Of a stretch of 62,727 bases of DNA, positions 54,774 through 62,727 are shown one piece after another. The stretch is from the IMG/VR virus record IMGVR_UViG_3300009703_000018, positions 1-62,727 of that record; one strand, given 5' to 3'. Made by a program: the position numbers and the translations under genes. Each line of letters begins with the position of its first letter. Positions within the stretch are counted from its first letter, which is position 1. Source of the stretch: a virus. Taxonomy: Duplodnaviria; Caudoviricetes. Under the pieces are notes generated by a model, which saw nothing but the letters and a program-made list of their open reading frames with translations, searched no databases and was not told where the DNA came from.

Positions 54774-56570
54774 ATGCCAAACGAATCGCAACAAGTAAAC
54801 GATCAAAGATCGCAAGATGAAAAGAACGACTTTAGTCATTTGATGATATCAAGTGCTAATTATGTTAATCCCAACGTTGAAATGAGGGATTCAACTAATC
54901 AAACTATGAATTGGAATCAACATCCAGATCATGGCAGTAGCACTATGACAACTCGTGACGCTAATGCTGTAACTGCGACTGGGCCACTTAATACTCATAT
55001 GCAACAGTTTCCTAGTAATGAAGCTTGGCATAGAACTGGTGGTATGTCTATTGATGGTTTGTTTGTTCCGTATTCAACAAACTTTGTAGTTAATAGTGAT
55101 AAGGGTAGAGCGGATAGTCTTAATGTACCATCCGCTGCATCTGCAATGGCTGCTTTTGAAAGACCATACAGTAAGAAAAAAGAAGACGGCGTAGAAGACA
55201 TTATTCCTTGGGCAACAGTTGGCCATGAAAGAGACTTAGGCAAAAACGCACCAAGTCCCACAATTATCACATCTGCTTCTCTTAATCCATTTGCCTCTGG
55301 TCATAATGTTAATTGGATTAATAGAAATAGAGATCTAACTAATCCAAGTATTGAAGAAGCTGGGTATGCTACTGATGCAGCTCCAATTAATAGGGCTGCT
55401 GAAGAGTCATTGGACACCGCTAGACCCGTTGGCCTAAGAGGGCCAATAGTTATGTCTGGATGGGGTTATGATTCTATTACTATGCAGCCGGTTCCAAACT
55501 TAAGGCATGATGCTGAAAATAGATATGATGAATGGGGAAGTTCTAATTATGGTAGACAGCGATATATACCAAATCAGTTAAAGGCAAAAACTGAAGGTGG
55601 TATGCAGCATGATTTCAAACACTTCTCTCCACAGCACATGCGAAGGCCAGATACATGGAAAGTTGGGCCAGTTGATTTAAGATGGGATCATCAGAGAAAA
55701 GTGTGGGTTGGTGGTAAGCATAATGGAATATTTTTATCAAAGGCTGCTAAATGTATACTTCCAAAAGCTGGTCTAGATGGCAATAACTCATTCAATTTTG
55801 GTGTAGGTGGTAATATTAATGCTCCCGGTAGATTATATAGAAACCCATGCGCATCGAATGATTGTACCTATACTTCATATTTTCCAACTAGCGTGTACTA
55901 TCCAGATATAGAAATATATGATCCAGAAGATCATAACTGGTGCGGTGCTTGTATGACAAGAGGTGACCTTACGGCGTGTAATGATTTCAAAGATGGCTGC
56001 GCTCCTTTTTACGATGCTATTATAATAAGACCAGTTGATGAAATGGTAGGAAAGGCTAATACCCTCACCGAATGTACTGATAAGTTTAGAAAAGTTCAAG
56101 GCGGTGCGCCCGGAATGAGAAGGGCTGGCAATCCTTGTCATGGTTGGGGTTCTAGCTATTTTGGTCAAAAAGAATCAATCAATGAAAAAATAGGTAAAGA
56201 TGAGACATGGACACATCAAGCTAAGTCAATAATGTATGAAAAAGTGTTTATTGAAAACCCATTAGGCCAAGGCTTGATGGTAGGAGATGCTTTTTTTAGT
56301 TATGATACTGGTAAGAGAATAATATACGAATATCAAAGATCTACAACTCCTAGTTGTGGAGCAGAAGCTGGAACTAAAATAACCGTAAAAGAAGCTATAC
56401 CAGTTCACATCATACTTCAAGCAGAATTTTACGGCATGGAAATTGTTACACACGCAGGTTGTGATAGGGGCGAAATGGCTGCTTGTTCAAAGAAATTTTT
56501 TGCTCAGGGGTTTGCTACAGCCGAAGACTGTGGCCCAGATGATGATTATCCACAAACAGCAGGATTCTGA
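54774..56570 (+). CDS. Tail-tip protein with Cys-rich C-terminal half
   Basis: GLRGPIVMSGWGYD, WKVGPVDLRWD; 13 Cys, all in the C-terminal half. Confidence 0.65.
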   Translation: MPNESQQVNDQRSQDEKNDFSHLMISSANYVNPNVEMRDSTNQTMNWNQHPDHGSSTMTTRDANAVTATGPLNTHMQQFPSNEAWHRTGGMSIDGLFVPYSTNFVVNSDKGRADSLNVPSAASAMAAFERPYSKKKEDGVEDIIPWATVGHERDLGKNAPSPTIITSASLNPFASGHNVNWINRNRDLTNPSIEEAGYATDAAPINRAAEESLDTARPVGLRGPIVMSGWGYDSITMQPVPNLRHDAENRYDEWGSSNYGRQRYIPNQLKAKTEGGMQHDFKHFSPQHMRRPDTWKVGPVDLRWDHQRKVWVGGKHNGIFLSKAAKCILPKAGLDGNNSFNFGVGGNINAPGRLYRNPCASNDCTYTSYFPTSVYYPDIEIYDPEDHNWCGACMTRGDLTACNDFKDGCAPFYDAIIIRPVDEMVGKANTLTECTDKFRKVQGGAPGMRRAGNPCHGWGSSYFGQKESINEKIGKDETWTHQAKSIMYEKVFIENPLGQGLMVGDAFFSYDTGKRIIYEYQRSTTPSCGAEAGTKITVKEAIPVHIILQAEFYGMEIVTHAGCDRGEMAACSKKFFAQGFATAEDCGPDDDYPQTAGF

Positions 56571-59500
56571 TGGCAATAGGCGATCCGTGGGATTCATCAT
56601 ATAATCCCGACATAAAAAATTTAAAGAACCAAATTACTGGTGAGCCAGTATGGAAACCAGACGCTTCTGATGAAGTGTCTCAAGATAGTCCTATGACTAT
56701 TAAGAACCGTAAAAGGGGTAGGTTTTGTACTGAAGGTTGTGGCTGTATAGATACTGGTTGTAGTAATCTAGGTGATGGAGAATGTAAACTACCTCCAGAA
56801 ATAGCAGTTACCATACTAAGAGATACTAATGGAAGATATTCAGCTAGGGCTGGTATAGCTGGCGGTGAAGGCGAAACAATACATCTAAAATATTCCAACG
56901 GTGCTTGGAGGGGTAGTAGGTGTTGTTCTCATGATACAGATGGCCCACTGGAATATGCTTGTGATCCTTGTAAAGTTACTACCCTACCAAACGGTAAGCC
57001 CTCAGAGTGCCATTATGGTAATAACAAATACAAGCACCTAAACGCCAAAGGTCAAGACAATGACACTTTTGAAAAAAGAGGTAGCTTTGATTATAACCAA
57101 GCTTTAGAAGGTGAAATGTGGCCTAGAAGAGGTGTAGACGCTTGGCTCAAACCAAGTAGTTACGATCAAAATCTAGAAAGTATATCGTCAGATATGCTGA
57201 TTCAAGAAGACGGTAAAGAAAAAACAAAAGGTGTAGTAACGTGGTCTGATGAATACGCTCGCATAAATATGAAGTCTGTTGAAAAAACAATTCAACTTGA
57301 TGACGATGGTTATGTAGTTGGCTTTTCTATTACCAACGGTCACGAACCAACTGAAGATAGCGATTCAACTATTGAATACGATGCAACTGGATCAACTAAA
57401 ACTGGATGTATTGAAGATGGCGCTGTACCAACAAAGAAAAGACCTTACTGTAGAGATTCAATTACTGGATATAGAATTCAACAGGTATGTTCGGACACAC
57501 AATACAAAAACAAAAAAGATTGTGAAGAAGCAGTTGATAGTGACGGCAACAGAGCTGCAACTTGGCTTTACGGCGACGAAAATACATGTCTAGATGCAGG
57601 AAAATGTGAATCCCCAAATGTTGCAGGAAAAGGCGAAGATAAAAGCAGAGACGATAGAACCACTAAACATAACAGCCAAGAAACTTGCGAGGCTGCATTT
57701 GAAAGTGGAGATCCGACTTGTTTTGGTTCAGATGGAAAACCTGTAACTGGAAACGATCAAACGACATGCGAAACCAATGGTGGTATTTGGTACACAAACA
57801 AATTTTACCCCAACACATGGGTTACTTGGGAATATGAAAAAAGATCATGTTGCGGTGGAAGAATATTAGACCAATTCCATCCATACCACACACCCCAAAC
57901 TTCTGGTGGTGGAAACAACACAAGAAAAAGCAGTATATGCTTTACCCCCTACCAAGAGGTTATACTGTCTGCTTCTTATACTAGTGGCTTTGTTGGCCCT
58001 ACTAGTATGGCTGATGGAGGCTGTACTGGAATTACCAATCAATCTGATAGATCGTGGTTTTGGCAAGATGTAGAAAGCTATTGGACTCTTCTTATTAGAC
58101 CTTGTAATTTCTGGGGTTCGTGCCAAGAAGAAGGTAAGCCAAGACCAGACCCAGCAGATGTTATAGATGGCCCAGATAATTACTGGGAAACGACATGCGG
58201 AGAAGAAGTAGTACTCTATCTTCCTGTAGACCAATTTGTAAACTGCTCTAACTTTAATTTAACACTTAGTCAAGAGTCTGGACTAAGGTCTGGATGGCCC
58301 GAATCTTACGATGGTTGGGATAGCAGAATGGGTAGTCATGGACATGGCAATCCTGTAGGCGATCAAACATTGAATGAAGGCTGGACTAATGTTGGTCAAG
58401 TTTCCACTATATGGGGAATACCCGGAGATGCTATAGAAAAAGATCAGTATAGCTGGTGGTGTGGGTATCCTGATGCTAACTTTGATGGTATCCCTGATGG
58501 TGGTGGCGGCACAGAGAATTGTAGTCAATACGTTTATCACGGTTCAGGCGCTCCTAAGCCTTGGCTACAAAATGCAAAAGGCTTTGATAATTTCTATGGC
58601 TTTAATATGCAACCACAGCCCTTTAAGGCTACGGAAGAAAAGCAAAATAGAGCAAAGCCAATGAGACAAGCCAGTGATGATCATAAATTCTGGCAAATGT
58701 GTGGTATATCAGCATTAACTGGTCATGGCGGTGGTGGTCATTGGTTTTGGAATCTCGGCCCAGACTTCTTCTTTTACTATGACTTTGCAGCATATGATGA
58801 AGTTGGCCTTCTTGGAAAAGCCGGATCATCTCTACAGGCTTATATTAAACCCGGAGGTGTTTGTGAAGCAGCCTCTACTAAATTAGAGAACTATATTAAA
58901 TCTCATGTTGGTATGCTCTCAAGGGGAGACTGCGCTCGTAAAGGTGGAAGCGCACCATTGCTCGTAGGTTGGCAAAATACAGAACCGGGACTGTGTCCTG
59001 ATTATAGTGCTTCTTCCAAAAGTGAATGTGGTAAAAAGGGTACTTGCGTAAATAAAGATGATACTTATGGTCAAGAAACACCAGAAGACTGCGCAAATTC
59101 AGGAGGTGAGTTTACAGCATGTGCAGAATGGGAAGATGGATGCACAATTGATGGAACACGAGACGGTATACCAGCTCAAATAATCACCAATCCAAATGAC
59201 GCACAAGGGGAACACAAAACCAGAGATCCAGAAAATAAAGAGGAGTGTGAAGCAGAATCAAGTGAAGGCGGCGCTGGTGGCATATGGTATGAAGGGTGTT
59301 TTTCTGTTGCAGACCCAAATGCAAAAGAATGTCCAGAAGTCGGAGATGTTCCAGAGGCAATAATGTCTATTCTCTTAGGAGAAAGAGAAGGTACTTGCAC
59401 ATTTAAAGAAGATGGTGAAGATGCCTTTCCGATAAGTGGAACAGAAAGTGACTGTGAAGCAAAAAAACAAGAAGAAGGAGTAACTGATGTAGAATTTACT

Positions 59501-62500
59501 CCAGATCAAATTGGTAGCTCAGATTCTTCATACGACAAAAGGGCTGGCAACGGTTTAGTCAAACTGCGTCCTTCTGGCCCAATGTCTACAGAGTTCGCAA
59601 ATGTTGCCGGTATATTAAATGGAAAAAGAGATGGTAGTGATTATTCTCCTTATGAGCTTACCAAATTTGGACTAAAGAGAAACCGAAGATTGCTTAATGG
59701 TTCACAGGTTGGTCATTCTTTAAGCTATTGGCATGAAACAGGACTTTATCCAAGAGGTGAAGTTGCTAGTTTTGTTAATGATTCTTGCATGGGTGTCTCT
59801 AGCGGAAAAAGAATAGAAGATGCAGCCAATACTAATCCAATAATGATAACCTCAAGAAATCATGGGTTAAAGGATGGAGACCTTGTTAACACATGGGGTG
59901 TTATGGGTAACTTTGGCGCAAACGTCATGAACCAAGGTGAGTGGAGTGAAACTCAGTGGGAAGATAAGCTATACAAAAAGTGTACAGGGCCTAATTGCGA
60001 TGAACCGTCTTGGCCTAATGCTAAATGTCCACATGACTCAAAATGTGTAAATAAAGAGACTGGGGAGGAGATAGAAGATAAGGCTAACGATAAGTTTGGT
60101 TGTCTACAAGGAAGTTGTAGCAAAGCAAGAGCGGATGGTTCAGAATGTTCATCAGAGGATTTTTGCACTGGGTCTAAAGATAAATGCGCACAAGAAGGAA
60201 ACGATGGAGAATGTCCAGATGGTTTCACTACTGATCCAAATATTCCTCCCGGTGGAGAATGTAGATGTGTAAACAAATTATGGGCAGGAGACGACGATGA
60301 GCCATTAGGGTGTGAGGGCGAATGGAAAGGTGGGGAAAATATGGAATTCCAAACCTTCTGTGATCACGATAAGTATTACGCCTGTTCTGGATCAATTATT
60401 AGAGGTAAAGAACCTCCACCAGCAGACTTCTTTATAGTACAAAATACAACAATTGATACATTTGATTTATATACATGCGACAAACATCCAGTGGATGGAA
60501 GAATTGCAAATAGAATCAATCTTGACACTACAGAATGCCCAGATGAATCCCCAAAGGTTTGCGTTCAAAATCCAGATATAGGCACATATGAAACAGTTAT
60601 AGAAAGCATTACAACAGCTGTTACGGTCAATCCACTTGAGTCTGGATTTGGAGTTCCAACGGTTACGGCGTTTATCGAAAAATGTGTTACTTCAGCCGGT
60701 GAAGATGTTACACAAGGCGTAGGGAAAAAGTCTAAAGATATATTCACTGGGCATGAAGTTGAAAATGCAGCACTAAGTGCAAGGTATACCTGTGGTGGAA
60801 CATCTGTAACCTGTGCAGAAGAAGACTGCACCGCTCTTGACTCAACCCATAGGTGGGTAGACTCGCAAAACCTTAAAGACGATCCGTTGACTGTAATTGA
60901 AGAGGGTGAAGCTCAATGTGGTAATTATGGTGCTTGTTCCATAATGGGAGGAGAATTGATCTCCACCGCTTCAGCAATCACTAGGGATGAATGTATACTC
61001 TTAGCTAAAACATACAAATCATATAATCCAGAGAAGAAGCCAGATCATAAAGAACAAAAATATGTCAACATGTGTCTTGATTTAGATGGCAATGCTGATT
61101 CTAGCGGAGATATGGTTGCCGCATCAGATGATCCTGATGAATTAGAAAAAAGATGTAAGGAAAAACACTCTGCCTGCTTTGATATGAGCGGTCAAACAAA
61201 GTTGGATTACCTTAGTGATGAGGGATTATGTATTAATAATGGCGCTATATGGAAAGAGCCGCAAGTTATTAAAGGTAATTATCATGAATGTGTAGACAAA
61301 GGCTTAGCTCAAGAAAACAAATGGGAAGAAGCTGTATCGGACTGTTGGTATCAAAACCAATGGAGAGGCTCTGCCTCTGTGATGTCATTAAATGATGATG
61401 GAGCGAGTAACAGTTTTGGAAAACCTAGTGTTGGGGTTTGGAGAGCCTGTCCATTTACTGGCCAATGGGTACTTTATAACAACCAAGATGATATTGGTAT
61501 AGAAGCTGGATATATTGGTCATCTGGGACAAGATGTAATTGATAATAGATATAGGCTTGGTCTTGGTGGGCCGGGATATAAATGGGAAGAAAGAGCAAAT
61601 GATTATTGGGTTCAAATTGAACAAAAAGGTATTTGTCCTGTTTGCTGCGATCATTTTATGCCGAAAAACCTTACGGCAACACTTAATGAACAAAGCAGTC
61701 AAGTCCTTGATATAATTAATTGCGGTCTTGAAAAATGTACGCACAACCCAAGCATGGGTATGAAAGCTAAACATGATGGCTACTGCTGTTCCGATGAAGG
61801 TCATAAGTGCGATATTACCGATGTTGCAAAATGTCAAAATGGCGAAAAATGGAGAAAGTTTGGATTTTGCAAAGGTGAAGATGGTCAAGATATAAATTGT
61901 ATTGGATGTGATATAGATGAAAAACACACTGGTGGAAAACATGAGGGTAAAAACGAATGTGAAATACGTGGAGGAACATTTCAAGCAAGTTTGAATGGCC
62001 CAGAAGATTGCGATGCACATGTTAGACAAAGATTAACTCAATGGGGAACAACAAATTGCAGAAGATGTTCTGATGTTTATTCTTCTCAGCACAAAGTTCC
62101 AATGATTGGTAGTAACCATCCAAATTCTCAAAATACACATGAAGGCGCGTCTTGTTGTCCAAATTGTGAGTGCCTATACAACCATCAAGATCAAAGTAAA
62201 CAGGGCTGTTCGGCAAAATATATGGATTGTCAAACAGCTATAACATGTTTACCTGAATGTAATGCAGATACTGAAGGTCTACGCGAGACACTCGGAGAAC
62301 TAGAGGCTGTATGTGTAGAATATGATTTTGGCGGTAGTGCAATAGTATACAAATGGGATTTTGACCCATGTTCTTGTTTTCCCAATTTTGTTCCTATGTC
62401 TTGTGAAGGCGAAGGTTTGGTTGATGGGGGGGCAGAAAGTTCTTGTGATCGTAATGGAACTCAGAAAAATGGTCAATCTGGACATGACAATACAGGTGGT

Positions 62501-62727
62501 TGTTATGGTGAAGATGGTAAATTAAACGAAGACAAGAAAAGATCAGGTGGTGCTAGTGAATCAGATTGTTCTAGCGATGAAGAGTGGAGGGCAGGAGCTA
62601 GTGGTTGTACAAATAGAGAAATTTCAACAACCGCAGACGCTAGTTGTTATGACATAAACAATTCTGCTAAACCTGTAGGTACAACTTGTCCCGGTTTGGG
62701 ATCTGTGGATGTCCCAATGGAATTTGA
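56570..62727 (+). CDS. Giant Cys-rich acidic protein (>2050 aa), truncated at the window end
   Basis: ATG overlaps the upstream stop (TGATG); MAIGDPWDSSYNPD...FCTEGCGCIDTGC. Spot checks stay in frame to ...SVDVPMEF at the end, and the track lists no terminated ORF in this frame. Confidence 0.85.
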   Translation, partial: MAIGDPWDSSYNPDIKNLKNQITGEPVWKPDASDEVSQDSPMTIKNRKRGRFCTEGCGCIDTGCSNLGDGECKLPPEIAVTILRDTNGRYSARAGIAGGEGETIHLKYSNGAWRGSRCCSHDTDGPLEYACDPCKVTTLPNGKPSECHYGNNKYKHLNAKGQDNDTFEKRGSFDYNQALEGEMWPRRGVDAWLKPSSYDQNLESISSDMLIQEDGKEKTKGVVTWSDEYARINMKSVEKTIQLDDDGYVVGFSITNGHEPTEDSDSTIEYDATGSTKTGCIEDGAVPTKKRPYCRDSITGYRIQQVCSDTQYKNKKDCEEAVDSDGNRAATWLYGDENTCLDAGKCESPNVAGKGEDKSRDDRTTKHNSQETCEAAFESGDPTCFGSDGKPVTGNDQTTCETNGGIWYTNKFYPNTWVTWEYEKRSCCGGRILDQFHPYHTPQTSGGGNNTRKSSICFTPYQEVILSASYTSGFVGPTSMADGGCTGITNQSDRSWFWQDVESYWTLLIRPCNFWGSCQEEGKPRPDPADVIDGPDNYWETTCGEEVVLYLPVDQFVNCSNFNLTLSQESGLRSGWPESYDGWDSRMGSHGHGNPVGDQTLNEGWTNVGQVSTIWGIPGDAIEKDQYSWWCGYPDANFDGIPDGGGGTENCSQYVYHGSGAPKPWLQNAKGFDNFYGFNMQPQPFKATEEKQNRAKPMRQASDDHKFWQMCGISALTGHGGGGHWFWNLGPDFFFYYDFAAYDEVGLLGKAGSSLQAYIKPGGVCEAASTKLENYIKSHVGMLSRGDCARKGGSAPLLVGWQNTEPGLCPDYSASSKSECGKKGTCVNKDDTYGQETPEDCANSGGEFTACAEWEDGCTIDGTRDGIPAQIITNPNDAQGEHKTRDPENKEECEAESSEGGAGGIWYEGCFSVADPNAKECPEVGDVPEAIMSILLGEREGTCTFKEDGEDAFPISGTESDCEAKKQEEGVTDVEFTPDQIGSSDSSYDKRAGNGLVKLRPSGPMSTEFANVAGILNGKRDGSDYSPYELTKFGLKRNRRLLNGSQVGHSLSYWHETGLYPRGEVASFVNDSCMGVSSGKRIEDAANTNPIMITSRNHGLKDGDLVNTWGVMGNFGANVMNQGEWSETQWEDKLYKKCTGPNCDEPSWPNAKCPHDSKCVNKETGEEIEDKANDKFGCLQGSCSKARADGSECSSEDFCTGSKDKCAQEGNDGECPDGFTTDPNIPPGGECRCVNKLWAGDDDEPLGCEGEWKGGENMEFQTFCDHDKYYACSGSIIRGKEPPPADFFIVQNTTIDTFDLYTCDKHPVDGRIANRINLDTTECPDESPKVCVQNPDIGTYETVIESITTAVTVNPLESGFGVPTVTAFIEKCVTSAGEDVTQGVGKKSKDIFTGHEVENAALSARYTCGGTSVTCAEEDCTALDSTHRWVDSQNLKDDPLTVIEEGEAQCGNYGACSIMGGELISTASAITRDECILLAKTYKSYNPEKKPDHKEQKYVNMCLDLDGNADSSGDMVAASDDPDELEKRCKEKHSACFDMSGQTKLDYLSDEGLCINNGAIWKEPQVIKGNYHECVDKGLAQENKWEEAVSDCWYQNQWRGSASVMSLNDDGASNSFGKPSVGVWRACPFTGQWVLYNNQDDIGIEAGYIGHLGQDVIDNRYRLGLGGPGYKWEERANDYWVQIEQKGICPVCCDHFMPKNLTATLNEQSSQVLDIINCGLEKCTHNPSMGMKAKHDGYCCSDEGHKCDITDVAKCQNGEKWRKFGFCKGEDGQDINCIGCDIDEKHTGGKHEGKNECEIRGGTFQASLNGPEDCDAHVRQRLTQWGTTNCRRCSDVYSSQHKVPMIGSNHPNSQNTHEGASCCPNCECLYNHQDQSKQGCSAKYMDCQTAITCLPECNADTEGLRETLGELEAVCVEYDFGGSAIVYKWDFDPCSCFPNFVPMSCEGEGLVDGGAESSCDRNGTQKNGQSGHDNTGGCYGEDGKLNEDKKRSGGASESDCSSDEEWRAGASGCTNREISTTADASCYDINNSAKPVGTTCPGLGSVDVPMEF

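Noticed and set aside
56680-62485. Many short ORFs listed in the last 6 kb, suggesting a fragmented or non-coding region
   Set aside because: Explained by one plus-strand ORF from 56570 that has no stop inside the window.
1-62727. Stop-codon reassignment, tRNA genes or integrase
   Set aside because: Genes are full length and tightly packed under code 11 with all three stops used; no cloverleaf or recombinase motifs were noticed by eye (tRNAscan not run).

Overview
Contiguous ~63 kb piece of a large, AT-rich tailed dsDNA phage genome (standard genetic code; probably a long non-contractile tail, since no sheath gene is evident). Positions 1-2620 are a leftward region of small early-type genes with TTGACA/TATACT promoters plus an HNH gene. 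From 2687 onward everything is on the + strand: a sigma-like factor, a first sugar-modification cluster (2OG-Fe(II) oxygenase, sulfotransferase-like, gmd, glycosyltransferase), HNH, ERCC4 nuclease, terminase, portal, protease/scaffold, decoration protein, major capsid, tail fibre, a second sugar-modification cluster (sulfotransferase, two methyltransferases, SGNH-like, GT34), neck and tail genes, a 2300-aa tape measure protein and very large Cys-rich tail-tip proteins. The last of these (>2050 aa) runs off the window and is missing from the ORF track. Top leads: (1) a staphylococcal-nuclease-like domain with all catalytic residues, embedded in the tape measure protein between two copies of a GG..VP.LL.PGEFV motif (candidate injected-effector cassette); (2) Ser-Gly-enriched virion proteins alongside glycosyl-, sulfo- and methyltransferases (candidate sulfated virion glycan coat); (3) a Cys-rich tail tip; (4) a TGGTGTATAAT late-promoter motif with a candidate cognate sigma factor. 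All calls come from manual motif reading; no database searches were run. No tRNA, rRNA, CRISPR array or integrase was seen.
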